A stretch of 64,000 nt of DNA, taken from the NCBI GenBank assembly GCA_951406725.2, contig OX597824.1, positions 9,548,001 to 9,612,000 of the forward strand. Reading direction: 5' to 3'. Positions 1 through 13,142 of this stretch are shown here, one piece after another. Origin of the DNA: Octopus vulgaris. Lineage: Eukaryota. How positions within the stretch are numbered: position 1 is the first letter of the stretch; every line of letters begins with the position of its first letter. The notes beneath the pieces are model-generated. The model was not told where the DNA came from and did no database searches. It saw only the letters and a program-made list of their open reading frames with translations. The position numbers were made by a program, and so were the translations under genes.

Positions 1-227
1 ATCCGAAAAACTACTTGTAGGTTTCGATAGTCATATTTTTCAGTTTTGGTGAATTCCAATTGAAGTTTGTATTAATTAGATTGTCATATCAGTTAATTAC
101 TGCACAGTTTTATGAAGAATCGGTGTATCGTGACATCATAAATGATATATTTTAAAGATTGACCATTTAATGTAAACTTTATGGAGAAAGTGTCAAATAT
201 CCTCGAGCCCTTTTTGCTGTCGTATTT

Positions 228-663
228 GTTGTTGTTGCTGCTTGTGTGTTTGTTGCTGCTTGTGTGTTTGTTTGTTTGTTTGTTTGTTTGTTGAAGTGGT
301 CTTCGCCCCAGAGCTCGCAAGATCGCGCCTCAGGAGAAGTCCGAAACGTGGTCCTTTGCTATTCGTAAGACCCGCAGAAGAGAAAGCAGGTCAATCCCCG
401 ACACCGAAAGCATCGACGGATGGATGAATGCGCATCCAGGCTCAGCGGTTGCGTTGGAAGTCGGGGACAAGAAACAGGAAGAAAGAGTGAGAGAAAGTTG
501 GGATGAAAGAGTGCAACAGGGGTCATTACCACCCACTGCCGGAGCCTCGTGGAGCTTTAGGTGTTTTCGCTCAATAAACACACAACGCCCGGTATAGGAA
601 TCGAAACCGCGATCCTTTGACCGCGAGGCCTCTGCCCTAACCACTGGGCCATTACGCCTCCAC
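228..663 (-). mobile_element. tRNA-derived SINE, family A (GTGGAGGCGCAATGGCCC head), tail type 1 ending in (AAC/AAAC)n
   Basis: A-box/B-box-like head (tggcccagtggttagg, ggtttcgattcc) on the minus strand; body and tail match the copy at 55354-55729; flanked by tgttgttgttgct on both sides. Confidence 0.85.
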
Positions 664-759
664 TGTTGTTGTTGCTCTGTAGTTTCAACGTCGGCCGTCA
701 TCGAACAGACCGCTGATCAAAGTCACACCAGCTATAACCAGTCTTAACTCTATGTCTAT

Positions 760-985
760 ATTTCTTTACTACCCTGAAGGGGCTAAACACAGAGGGGACA
801 AACAAGGACATACAAACGGATTAAGTTGATTATATCGACCCCAGTGCGTAAATGGTACTTATTTAATCGACCCGAAAGGATGAAAGGCAAAGTCGACCTC
901 GGCGGAATTTGAACTCAGAACGTAGCGGCAGACGAAATACTGCTAAGCATTTTGCCCGGTGTGCTAATGAGTCTACCAGCTTGCC
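760..985 (-). mobile_element. SINE family C (GGCGGCGAGCTGGCAGAA head, gcctttcatcctttcggggtcgataaa central domain)
   Basis: Matches more than ten other copies in the window. Confidence 0.85.
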
Positions 986-1236
986 TCTATCTCTATGTGT
1001 AGCATTATTATCCGTTTTACCACCACCACCAGCTGGCACTTGGCTGCCTTCAGCATTGCAAGCATTCGAGACAGGTCTCTTATCGGAAGACACCTTTATA
1101 ATTCCACCAATGACCAACGTTGGTGACCCTGAAAAATTTTAAGGGTCAGGTGATCTGAACTTTCTCCTGTGATTCAGCATTATCCGCCCAGATTATATTA
1201 TCAGAGGTGTTGTTCTTTCTGACTGTATGCTTATAT

Positions 1237-1471
1237 GTATTTCTTTATTGCCCACAAGGGGCTAAACATAGAGGGGACAAACAAGGACAGACAAAGGGAT
1301 TAAGTCGATTACATCGACGCCAGTGCGAAACTGGTACTATATTTATCGACCCCGAAAGGATGAAAGGCAAAGTCGACCTCGGCGGAATTTGAACTCAGAA
1401 CGTAACGACAGACGAAATACCGCTAAGCATTTCGCCCGGCGTGCTAACGCTTCTGCCAGCTCGCCGCCTTA
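1237..1471 (-). mobile_element. SINE family C, full length, with 21-bp TSD
   Basis: Direct repeat tttctgactgtatgcttatat at 1216-1236 and 1472-1492. Confidence 0.92.
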
Positions 1472-1502
1472 TTTCTGACTGTATGCTTATATATGTTAGT
1501 AA

Positions 1503-1825
1503 AGATGCGCGACTCAATGGTTTCGGTATTCGATTCACGATCGTAAGGTCATGAGTTCGATTTCCAGTGATGCGTTTTGTCCCCAAGGAAGATATTCTTT
1601 TGCCCACTACTTCAGTCCACTTTGCATGCAAAAATGGGTTGCACGTGTAGTTCAAATAGCTAGCCTTGTCACATTCTGTATCATGACGAATCTCCTTGAG
1701 AATTAGGCAATGGATACGCCAGTCTGTTGAGTGCTCAGCCACTTGCATGTTTAGTTCACTAGCAGGCCGCTCGGTTAATCGAATCAGATGGAACATCCGT
1801 CGTGATAATCGACGGAGGGGCCATG
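1503..1825 (+). mobile_element. Old tRNA-derived SINE sharing its 3' tail with the copy at 33607
   Basis: Degenerate B-box gagttcgatttcc; tail gccttgtcaca...gagtgctcagccacttgca...cgacggag aligns with 33828-33985. Confidence 0.65.
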
Positions 1826-2439
1826 CTTTAATTTGAGGTTGTAACGCATCAAATAAAGAAACTACATAGAGGGTCCCGCGTGAGTTCGGTTTATTTCCAA
1901 TGCCGCAAGCAACCAATTTCGATAGATAGAGCCAGTTTCTCTCTGAGAGAATTTTCGTTCTGCAGAACAAGATTTCTTCAGACTTCAAAATAGACTCTCA
2001 AAAAATCAAGCAACTGTGCATTGCTTTCTTTTCACTTTTTATTTTTTATTTTAATTTAAGAATCCCGGCTTGCTCTGGTGGACCTTTCACACAGGTTATG
2101 GCTACAGCTGTTCGTGTAATTCTGACATACCTGAATCACTAGGGTCAATACTTTAAACGTTCGATAGAGGTGAGGCAATTTTCAGAAAGCATCTTTTAAT
2201 GGTTTTGTATAATAAATAATACAAGATATAAAATTCCTAGAGACGGAAATGGAAAATAACAAATATATAAAAAAAATAAATGATTTAGTTTAAAGTTTTT
2301 GTTTCAGAAAATATTCACAAATATCAAAGATTTTGCACTACAACACAGACACACACACAGATTTGCGCGCGCACAATTTTTGAGTAGTACATGCAATACA
2401 TAGTACACATATAAAAAACAAATACAGATAAAAATACAC

Positions 2440-2632
2440 AGTGATATCTAAACATTATACTCACACACACACGCACATATATATATGCATATATATATAT
2501 ATACATACATATGTATATATAAATATATATAAATACATACATATATTATATAAATATATATAAAACATATAAAATATATTATATTTACATATATTATATA
2601 TATATATATATCATATAAGTATATTATATATA

Positions 2633-2676
<44 letters not shown>

Positions 2677-2695
2677 TATAAACACAAATATATAA

Positions 2696-2745
<50 letters not shown>

Positions 2746-2747
2746 TA

Positions 2748-2790
<43 letters not shown>

Positions 2791-2846
2791 TTACATATAT
2801 GTATACATATATATATATGCATATATGATATATATACATATATACT

Positions 2847-2881
<35 letters not shown>

Positions 2882-2895
2882 ATATATAAGTATAA

Positions 2896-2939
<44 letters not shown>

Positions 2940-2990
2940 TATATAATATATATATATTTATATATATGTATATGTATATACACATAAGTG
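2440..2990. repeat. Degenerate (TA)n microsatellite field
   Basis: Directly visible. Confidence 0.95.
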
Positions 2991-3208
2991 TATATAGGTG
3001 TGTGTCAGTATACCTACAAATAACCAGGTAATGTTGAGACAGAAAATCATGATATTTCTAGATATCATTCTATGAGAGAAATCTGTTCTCTTAAATAATA
3101 CCAAAAATAACCTTCGGGTAATATGCATCTTAAAACCGATACTTTAGAAAAAAAATACCTTTTGCATTTCGTATACAAATTACGTAGGTTTCTATCTATA
3201 CGAATATA

Positions 3209-3258
<50 letters not shown>

Positions 3259-3589
3259 AATATATCTATCTAACAATGTGTGTGTGTGTGTGTGTGCGTG
3301 TGTTTGAGTGTGTGTTTGAATGTGTGTGCATTGTGTGTTTGTGCTTGCATATCCGAAGCAAGGAGGCGTCATGATGTATTTAACTTCATCTACATATTTA
3401 AATATTCTGACTTTTTTCTTAATATTATTTTTTTTATATTCAGAAACATCTGGAAATATTTGTACTGTTTTCAACGACGTTCTTCTCTAAATCTTTATTC
3501 ATAACATTTATTTTTTTTTTTTACTTTTATCTAAAAGTGAAATTTTACAGCACAGACAAAGACACACACACACACACATAGAAACTCAC

Positions 3590-3646
<57 letters not shown>

Positions 3647-3896
3647 TATACATACATACATATATATACATATACACACATATTTATATATGTAAGTATA
3701 TATGTCTGAATATAGGTATGTTTGTAGGTATGTATGTATGTATGAATATACCTATGTATTATGCATGTATGTATGCTTGTATACTTGGGAATTAATAGAA
3801 TTCATAGATAAATGCTATTAATTACTTTATCCTAAGGCTGTTGAAAATTATAAAGAAATCAAAACCATCAAACCAATTCTTCAAGAGCGAACTGTT

Positions 3897-4068
<172 letters not shown>

Positions 4069-4339
4069 TGTATGTCGATATATCCATATCATTTCGCTCA
4101 TTGGTTCTACACATCACTGCATAGGATGGTATCTTTACAAATCCACCCACTCGCTCACAGACATATTGTCCAGGCTCATACCACTAATCGCAAATACATT
4201 CACGCGCATGTATCCACACGTTAAGCCCTTTCCTTGAGCATAGATTTTCGTCGCACACAAGCGCACAGAGGTGTGTACGTGCGTAAGAGTTTGTGTACGA
4301 GTGTGTGTGAGTGTGTGTGAGTGCGTGTGTGTGCTGCTC

Positions 4340-4720
4340 TTCTTATATTCTTATTTGCTCCAGTCATCAGACTATGGCCATGCTGGAGCAATGCCTTGTG
4401 GAACAAATCGACTCTACTACTTGTTTGATTCTAAAGTACGGCGCTATTTTATTGGTCCATTTCGCCGAAAAGCTTATTACACGGAGAGAAACAAACCAAC
4501 ACCGTTTGTCACACGCCAATGGGAGACAAACACAAGCACAAAGATACATGCACATACATATATTTATGATGGGCTTCCGCGAAGTTTTCTCCTAACAAAT
4601 TTACTCGAAATTCATTAGTCGGCTATAGTAGAAGTCCCTTACTGTAGGTGTCGCGCATTGGAACTGAACCTGAGATCACATTGTTGCAAAGTGACCTCAG
4701 AAACCACATAAACATGCCTG
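4340..4720 (-). mobile_element. SINE family B (CORE-like), old diverged copy
   Basis: ggccatgctggagca tail and tatagtagaag...gaactgaacc head remnants. Confidence 0.7.
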
Positions 4721-4794
4721 TAGCAGTCTTTTTTTTATCATATTTCTACATCCATATATACACAAACACATACTGTCACTGTTTCAATGAGTCA

Positions 4795-4984
4795 TAGTCG
4801 TGGCTGTGTGGTAAGTAGTTTGCTTACCAGCCACTTGGTTCCGTGTTCAGTCCCACTACGTGGCACCTTGGGCGAGTGTCTCCTACTATAGCCATGGACC
4901 GACCAAAGCCTTGAGAGTGGATTTGGTAGACAGAAACTGAAAGAAGCCCGTCGCATATATACATATATATATATATATATGTGT

Positions 4985-5020
<36 letters not shown>

Positions 5021-5255
5021 GTGTGTATATATGTCTGTGCGTCTGTGTTTGTCCCTGCCCCCACCATTGCTTGGCAACCGATGTAGGTGTGTTTACGTCC
5101 CCGTTACGTAGCGGTCCGGCAAAGGTGACCGATAGAATAAGTACTTACTAGGCTTACAAAGAATAATTCCTAGGGTCGATTTGTTCGACTAAAAAACGGT
5201 GCTCCAACAGGGCCACAGCCAAATGACTGAAACAAATAAAACAAATAAAAGAAAA
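4795..5255 (+). mobile_element. SINE family B (tRNA head, CORE-like gtggcaccttgggcaagtg, internal (TA)n(TG)n, aaaagag tail)
   Basis: Matches copies at 6147, 31346 and 41622. Confidence 0.9.
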
Positions 5256-5921
5256 TCGAAATCCAAAAATGACCCCCACCAGTTAAATCCATTGATAATA
5301 TCTAAACTTCCAATAAGCATTATTAGTCTTCTTATTTTTCCTTCCTTCCTATCTTAATTGTATTCAACAACGTTAAATATACACACTGACAGAATACTAT
5401 CTCAATGATTTCTTCTGAAAGGAAACTGTTTTCTTAAATTCAAGTGTGATTCTTAGACGTGTTGATATGAAGCATAATATAAATGAGCTGATATAACATT
5501 GATATATCTGCGTTGGTATTTGCTAGTATGAGATGGCGTATGTTCGTGTGTGCGAACATGGATGCGTATGTGTGTGCGCAGTTCTAAATTTACTTGATAA
5601 CGCTTGTAGAGATTCAATTTATTTAGCACAAGTGTGTGTTAATTTCAGGGAAGCCATACCAGTTATTCTTTTGTTATATACCATTGTATGAAGATGAATC
5701 ATACTATAATACTACGATCGAAATTGTTTCGTAGTAAATACATCAGACTAGATGACTAACTGTTGAGGATTCAAATCCTGTTGCTATAAAGGTATCATCT
5801 ACATCCAGTAATACAGTTATTACTAATGTAAAATTTAAAATCTGGAGGCAACTGAGTGGGTGTGCTTCAGCAACTAGTAGACAATAATGAAATATATACT
5901 TAAAATAAACATGGATGCTAA

Positions 5922-5962
<41 letters not shown>

Positions 5963-5991
5963 GGAGGTACAAATGAGAAAAAATACTTACT

Positions 5992-6110
5992 CTACATTAT
6001 TTACATTATTTACATTTGTCCTCTTCTTGTTAACCCAACGTTTCGGCTGATATACCCTCCAGCCTTCAGCAGGTGTCTTGGGGGAAATTTTCGAACCTTG
6101 CTTTTCATTA
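5992..6110 (-). mobile_element. Penelope-like terminal-repeat fragment with hammerhead-like motif (6032-6077)
   Basis: Minus strand reads gacac-CTGCTGA-A-GGCTG-loop-CAGCC-GAAA-CG-TT-gggtt; same family as 6605-6915. Confidence 0.65.
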
Positions 6111-6146
6111 CAGACGAGCTAGTTTTTTATGGAATTTCTCTATATA

Positions 6147-6555
6147 GGCGTAGGAGTGGCTGTGTGGTAAGTAGCTTGCATACCAACCACATGGTTCCGG
6201 GTTCAGTCCCAATGCGTGGCACCTTGGGCATATATCTTCTACTATAGCCTCGAGCCGACCAAATCCTTGTGAGTGGATTTGGTAGACGGAAACTGAAAGA
6301 AGCCCGTAGTATATAGGTATATATATGTATGTGTGTGTGTATGTTTGTGTGTCTGTGTTTGTCCCCCCGTCATCGCTTGACAACCGATGCTGGTGTGTTT
6401 GCGCCCCCCCCCTAACGTAGCGGTTCGGTAAAGAGACCGTTAGAATAAGTACTAGGCTTACAAAGAATAAGTCCTGGGGTCGATTTGCTCGACTTATGGC
6501 GATGCTCCAGCATGGCCACAGTCACATGACTGAAACAAATAAAAGAGTAAAGATT
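6147..6555 (+). mobile_element. SINE family B, full length
   Basis: ggcgtaggagtggctgtgtggtaag head through tgactgaaacaaataaaagag tail. Confidence 0.9.
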
Positions 6556-6604
6556 AAAGAGTATGTCTCCATTTAAGTCTAATGTCGGCTCCGTACCGAT
6601 TAGA

Positions 6605-6915
6605 TAATACAGTTCTATATTTAAGAGATGAGGAATTACGTACATTATTTACATTATTTACATTTGACGGATATTTTTCCTCATTTTGTTTGTTGTTAGA
6701 CATCAATGAAAACATTGAGAAACTCCATCAAAAACTAGCTCGTTTTTAATGAGAACCCAGATTCGAAATTCCCCCAAGACATCTTATGAAGGCTGGAGGG
6801 CATATCAGCCAAAACGTTCTGTTAACCACAAAGAAGATGAGGACAAATATCCGTCAAATGTAAATAATGTAAATAATGTAAATAATTCCTCATCTCTTAA
6901 ATTTAGAACGTATTA
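6605..6915. mobile_element. Inverted-repeat element (~95-bp arms) with degenerate hammerhead-like motif; Penelope-like inverted terminal repeat
   Basis: 6605-6701 is the reverse complement of ~6820-6915; cttatgaaggctggagggcatatcagccaaaacgtt at 6783-6818. Confidence 0.7.
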
Positions 6916-7044
6916 CTGACTCTACTCCCAGATAATAGAACATACAACTTTTTTCTTCATCTTCTCGATGAAGAATTTGATTCCGAAATGTCACATCTTT
7001 TCCACTATCATCAGTGCAGCTGTCTTTTATCTGTTATGTTTTTC

Positions 7045-7220
7045 TTCTTTCGGTCATTTTACTGCGGCCACGCCAGAGCCTTGAAGGAATTTAGTCGAGC
7101 AAATTGAACTCAGGACTTAATATTTTAAAGCTCAGTACGTATTTTATCCGTCTCTTTCCAGAACCGCTAAATTACAGGGACAACCAGCATTGGTTGAGAG
7201 ATTGTTGGAAACAAACGCAC
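7045..7220 (-). mobile_element. SINE family B 3' fragment
   Basis: gtcattttactgcggcca...ttagtcgagcaaat...gaaccgctaa. Confidence 0.65.
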
Positions 7221-7384
7221 CGTCTATCCACTGCAAAAGGCCCTTACGTCGAGCACCAGAAACCGGGATCGATTTGGTCGACTGTTCCCTTCTCACGAAA
7301 TTTCATACCTTGTACTTACGAACCATTCTAACCCTGTAAAGATATTACTGATTATTATTTTAAAAAATGAATTACATTAAAAGG

Positions 7385-8220
7385 ACACAGCCATTGTGTC
7401 TTATAGCCAGCTGAAAACAATGTTTCTTGGGGCTAAATAACAGTAACAATCATCCCTTCCATGACAGCCACATTATGCTGGCAAATAGCTTTTACTAAAA
7501 TATCTCTATTCGAGAGATTTAGAAATAATAATGTTTCTATTTATTAGATCAGTAATTATGTGTCACTTTGAAAACTATATATTTTCGAACGGAAATTCAG
7601 CTGCGCCAACTAACCAAGCAGCTACTCTGGGTTGATAAATAGCAATAACCCAGAAAACGGTCCACTGATGTTGTCTTGTGCTGGATGGGGTTGCTGGACT
7701 CCCTTTTCGAAGATATAAAAACACAGATAGTGTGTCGTATAACCAGCTGGAAACAATAATTTAGCTGGGGCTAAATAGCAGTAACAATCGTCCCTTCCAC
7801 GACAGCCACATTATGTTGGCAAATAGCCTTCACTTTAATATCTCTCTTTGAGAAATTTAGAAATAATAATGTTTCTGTTTATTAGATCGGTGACTATGTG
7901 TCACTTTGAAAACTATATATCTTCCGAACGGGTGTTCAGCAGCGCCACCTAGCCATGCAGCAACTCTGTTGATAAAGCGCAATAACCCAGAAAACGGTCC
8001 ACTGATGTTGTTTTGTGCTGGATGGGAGTCCCGGCCTCCCTTTTCGAAAATATAAAAACACAGATAGTGTGTCGTATAGACAGCTTGAAACAATGCTTCC
8101 TGGTCTTAAACAACAGTAACAATCGTCCTATCCAAGACAGCCACACTATGTTGGCAAATAGTCTTTACTTTAAAGAACCGTTACTTAATATCTCTCTTTG
8201 GGAGATTTAGAAATAATAAC
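7385..8220. repeat. Diverged tandem duplication, ~336-bp unit, ~2.5 copies
   Basis: Unit starts (acacag..tgtgtc.tata) at 7385, 7721 and 8058. Confidence 0.9.
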
Positions 8221-9080
8221 GTTTCTCTACGTTATATTTTGATTTTAATAACGTTTCTCTACGCTATATTTTGATTTTAATAACGTTTCTCTACGCTATA
8301 TTTTGATTTTAATAACGTTTCTCTACGCTATATTTTGATTTTAATAACGTTTCTCTACGCTATATTTTGATTTTAATAACGTTTCTCTACGTTATATTTT
8401 GATTTTAATAACGTTTCTCTACGCTATATTTTGATTTTAATAACGTTTCTCTACGCTATATTTTGATTTTAATAACGTTTCTCTACGCTATATTTTGATT
8501 TTAATAACGTTTCTCTACGCTATATTTTGATTTTAATAACGTTTCTCTACGTTATATTTTGATTTTAATAACGTTTCTCTACGCTATATTTTGATTTTAA
8601 TAACGTTTCTCTACGCTATATTTTGATTTTAATAACGTTTCTCTACGTTATATTTTGATTTTAATAACGTTTCTCTACGCTATATTTTGATTTTAATAAC
8701 GTTTCTCTACGCTATATTTTGATTTTAATAACGTTTCTCTACGTTATATTTTGATTTTAATAACGTTTCTCTACGCTATATTTTGATTTTAATAACGTTT
8801 CTCTACGCTATATTTTGATTTTAATAACGTTTCTCTACGCTATATTTTGATTTTAATAACGTTTCTCTACGTTATATTTTGATTTTAATAACGTTTCTCT
8901 ACGTTATATTTTGATTTTAATAACGTTTCTCTACGTTATATTTTGATTTTAATAACGTTTCTCTACGTTATATTTTGATTTTAATAACGTTTCTCTACGC
9001 TATATTTTGATTTTAATAACGTTTCTCTACGCTATATTTTGATTTTAATAACGTTTCTCTACGCTATATTTTGATTTTAA
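8214..9080. repeat. 32-bp minisatellite, 27 copies (aataacgtttctctacgYtatattttgatttt)
   Basis: Exact period of 32; only one position (C/T) varies. Confidence 0.97.
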
Positions 9081-9533
9081 AGGAATTGTTGATAGGCAAC
9101 AGAGCTACCAAAATTATTTGCATTCCAGACAAAATGATTAGTGACATTTTCTCCGGCCTTATGTTCTGAGCTCAAACGCTGCCAAAGCTGACTCTGTCTT
9201 TCATCCGTTCGAAATCGTGAATCGACGACCCAACTTCTTCATATTTCAGGCCTTGTGTCTATAATAGAAATGGTTATTATTTTCATTAATGCTATAGTTC
9301 ACGGCTACAAAGAATTAATTATCAAATTTGGGGCTGTATATCTATGACGCATTCATTGATACGCTTCTGGAAAGATCGTGCCCATTTTACAATTAAGTGC
9401 TCCTGCAACAGAAGGCCCATGGTAATTTTTACCACTAGCCTTTTTCTTATGCAAATACACAACTCAGTGTTCATTCACGAAAAGTCTACCTCTCTCCTTC
9501 TCTCTCTCTCCTTTTCTCTTTCTCTCTCTCTCT

Positions 9534-9571
<38 letters not shown>

Positions 9572-9623
9572 ATCATTCTACAGTTCAACATTTCGTTTAC
9601 AACTGATAACATCCATACTATTA

Positions 9624-9858
9624 AGGCGGTGAACTGGCAAAAATGTTAGCATGCCGGGCGAAGTGCGTAGCCGTATTTCGTCTGCCGTTACGTTCTGAGT
9701 TCAAATTCCACCGAGGTCGACTTTGCCTTTCATCCTTTCGGGGTCGATTAAATAAATGCCAGTTACGCACTAGGGTCGATATAATCGATTTAATCCGTTT
9801 GTCTGTCCTTGTTTGTCCTCTCTATGTTTAGTCTCTTGTGAGCAGTAAAGAAATAGGT
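9624..9858 (+). mobile_element. SINE family C, full length
   Basis: Head to aagaaatagg tail; imperfect TSD taacatcca.a.tat.a. Confidence 0.88.
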
Positions 9859-10794
9859 AACATCCAGATTATAATTTGCGCCTGCTGATAAGGTTTCATA
9901 AAACTGAAACATGCTTTGAATGTACTTCTTATTAATAGAGACCATTTCCTCTACTTTTTACATTTAATTAATTTTAGTTAAAATTTGTCGATTGAAATAC
10001 CATGTCTAATTTTCACCGGAATATATCGTTTCGATAATGATCATTCCTACGTAAAATATTAATTACTTCATTAGTATTTCTTGGTTTAAGACACCAAGTA
10101 TGCTACCATCTCCTTTACTGTTAAGTTTAATGCAGACTGTGCCCCTGGGGACTTTTTTCGGTCATTATCCTGTAACAGTCCGCATCACTAAGTTTAGAGT
10201 TGCTGGCAAATAACATTTGTGTTGTATTAAGCAATGTTTAATGAACGAAAAAAAATTTAGATTAAGTCGTATTTACTTTTCAAATAGATTTGATTTATAT
10301 CAAAAGCTTCTCAAATTTCAGAAACTTCAAACGTGTCATTGGTAAGTTTAGTTTTAAGCATTACTTCAAAGATATTTAATTCCATCATTTTTTCCTATTT
10401 GTATTTATGGCTTATTATTATCCTATAATTTTACCATTTCATATTACGTGTGTTCAAACACTAATGATTTTATAAATCACCTATACTTGTCTCGTTTACT
10501 ATTTTAATTTGCTGGTAGGAAACAACCTACCCGTGCTTGAATTTGTTTCTTTTGCCAGTCTTTATTTAAAAACAATTGATAGTAAAAATACAGAAATTGG
10601 TTTTCAAAGAACTCGGGATTATTTATACTCTGCCTAAACTGTCAAGTTCGGCCGTTGTTGATTTGTAACTCAGACAGTTTCTCTGTTATATATGTTTTAA
10701 TTAAGATACAATGTTATTTTAAGTTTTGGTAAGTTTAGGATTTTTGTTATAGGCAATATTCCGCACAGTGTGACGGAATAATTTGGAGGTTTGC

Positions 10795-11075
10795 TTCGCA
10801 ACGACGAAGAGCCGGGTTCGATAAACCAAGCCGTGTCATCTTGAGCAAATGTTATTTTCTGTTGCCTCGTGTTCACCCATTCTTCTCGAGTGAATAATGA
10901 TAAACAGAAACTGCACAGAAGATAGATTAAAAAGTGGGGAAGCTGTGAATCAAGAGGTTCAATCTTGTCACATAGTGTGTCACGTTAAGACTACACGCGT
11001 TTGAGGAATGCACAGCTAATTCGTGCGCTAATTCAACGAACGGATAATTTAGTTGATTGAATAACTGAATCCTTA
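10795..11075 (+). mobile_element. Old SINE remnant (tail related to 1503 and 33607 copies)
   Basis: gggttcgat B-box remnant; cttgtcacatagtgtgtcacg tail. Confidence 0.5.
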
Positions 11076-11080
11076 CAGCT

Positions 11081-11499
11081 GAAACCAATTCTACTATATG
11101 GCTGAGAAACCTGGACGTTATCAAAGAAGCTTGAGAGGTGGTTGGATGGAACTTACACTCGCCTCCTTATGAGAGCTCAAAATCTCTCGTTGAAGCGTCA
11201 TCCAACCAAAGTACAAATATATGGGGAAACTACCACCTGTATCATCTCTTGTGAAAGGTAGAAGAGTCCAGTTTGCTGGACATTGTTGTAGAGCTGAAAA
11301 CGAGGTAATTTCTACTCTTCACCTCTGGAAGCCATCTGCTCGCGATACCAGAGGGCGCACACTTTCCTACCCTGATGTAATCTCCAGGGATACAGGCATC
11401 CAGCAACGGAACCTCCGTAATGCTATGATGGACCGTGAAGTCTGGCATAACATAGTAAATTCCATTGTCTCGACCAGCGTCGAACAATGATGATGATGA
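11081..11499 (+). mobile_element. 5'-truncated RTE-clade LINE (ORF C-terminus plus (TGA)n tail), pseudogenised
   Basis: Translates ILLYG*ETWTLSKKLERWLDGTYTRLLMRAQN..., then after a frameshift ...RRVQFAGHCCRA...AMMDREVW; LLYGxETW, GH and DRxxW are typical RTE motifs. Confidence 0.88.
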
Positions 11500-11840
11500 G
11501 TTCAAATTCCGCCGAGGTCGACTTTGCCTTTCATCCTTTCGGCGTCGATAAATTAAGTACCAGCTACGCACCGGGGTCGATGTAATCGACTTAATCCGTT
11601 TGTCTGTCCTTGTTTGTCTCTTCTGTGTTTAGCTCCTTGTGGGTAGTAAAGAAATAGGTATTTCGTCTATCGTTACGTTCTGAGTTCAAATTCTTCCGGG
11701 GTTGACTTTGCCTTTCATCCTTTTGGGGTCGATAAAGAAAGTACCAGTTTTGCACTGGGGTCGATGTAATCCACTTAACCCCTTTGTCTGTCCTTGTTTG
11801 TCCCCTCTATGTTTAGCTCCTTGTGGGTAGTAAAGAAATA
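11497..11840 (+). mobile_element. SINE family C, 5'-truncated two-unit concatemer abutting the RTE tail
   Basis: Starts at tgagttcaaattcc; second unit starts at ~11657. Confidence 0.88.
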
Positions 11841-13002
11841 TATTTACTCGTATCCGAGGAAGACCATCGACGACCATTGGCCAATCAACTGTCAGCAATG
11901 CCTGTATGCGAGTATGTTCTCTTGTTTGTATTTACGTTCGAATATGTATATGTGTGTCTATGTTTGTGTATGTGTAACTCAATCCTGACTAAATGACTAA
12001 GAAATCTACTTCTAAATCACTAGTTCTCGAGTTCGATTCAACTAAACACGTTTTAACTTAATGTTGTCTCATGCTTGTCTCGTGTTTACTCGAGTACTGC
12101 AAATGAAATTATGTAGACAGAAGCATCCGATGTATTGTTCCGGTAATTCAAAAGTCAGTTCCTTGTTCCATAGTGTGAGTAGAAAGTTCAGTTGACAATG
12201 CTATTCACGTATTGTCAAATTATTTACTTAACGAAGACTTGTAAATTCAAGGAGGACATACACACACAGACATGTTTGATGGAGAGAAAGATTTGGTAAA
12301 CTAAGTCATCTTGACCCAATATGAAACTAAAGAAATATGACAAAAAGGGCAAAAAAGAAAAAAAAAGAACGATGAAAATTTAATATGAAGAAAACAAAAG
12401 GATAGAGAAATATGAAGATAAGATGAAAGCCTACAGCGTCAATGGCTATAAATCTAACTTCTCTGAAATGGCCGTCCACTTGATAGAGTGACAGGTATAT
12501 TAAGACAATTTCAACATACAAACTTAACCACTTCCAACAATAATGGCTAAACAAAGCCGATTTTGACAACAAAGCTGAAATGAAACAAAATAATTAATAA
12601 GTAAATAAACAACGCGTCAAACTCTCATAAAAAAAAAAGAACAAACACAAAAACAAACACAAGCCCACAGAGAGATACCTCTATATTTCCCGTCGCTATC
12701 AAATACCACTTTGATTATGATGTTGCGTGATCGGATTAGGAGTGATTTAAGAAGAAAAATAAAAATAAAAATCTAAGAACACTACCATTTCAAAGGTTAT
12801 GAACACCACACGCACACACAGCTCCACACACACATATACGCATGCATACATCCCATTAATGTATACTCACATACATACGCATACGCACAGAGTTCCTACC
12901 AAACGCTACTTTTGTGCGTAGGGTTATTCGATCAGATGTGGCCTAGGGTTGAAGAAGAACAATTACACTAACATTATTATTACTATCATATTTCATCCGT
13001 CC

Positions 13003-13142
13003 TCACGTTCTGAGTTCAAACTCGGCCGAGGTCGACTTTGCCTTCCATCCTTTTGGGGTCGATAAATTGCGTACTGGGATCGATCCATCTACTGCCCCCT
13101 TCCCAAAAACTTCGCGCCTTGGGCCTAGAGTAGAATATACTA
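13003..13142 (+). mobile_element. SINE family C fragment with alternative tail (gccttgtgcctagagtagaa type)
   Basis: Central domain plus tail also seen at 40150, 53700 and 58455. Confidence 0.8.

Noticed and set aside
1395-1988. 197-aa ORF
   Set aside because: Runs antisense through an old SINE and into another SINE; no protein motif.
6962-6996. Additional hammerhead (ctcgatgaagaatttgattccgaaatgtc)
   Set aside because: Core disrupted and no convincing stem I.
8214-9080. CRISPR-like 32-bp repeats
   Set aside because: Units are contiguous with no spacers, there are no cas genes, and the context is eukaryotic.
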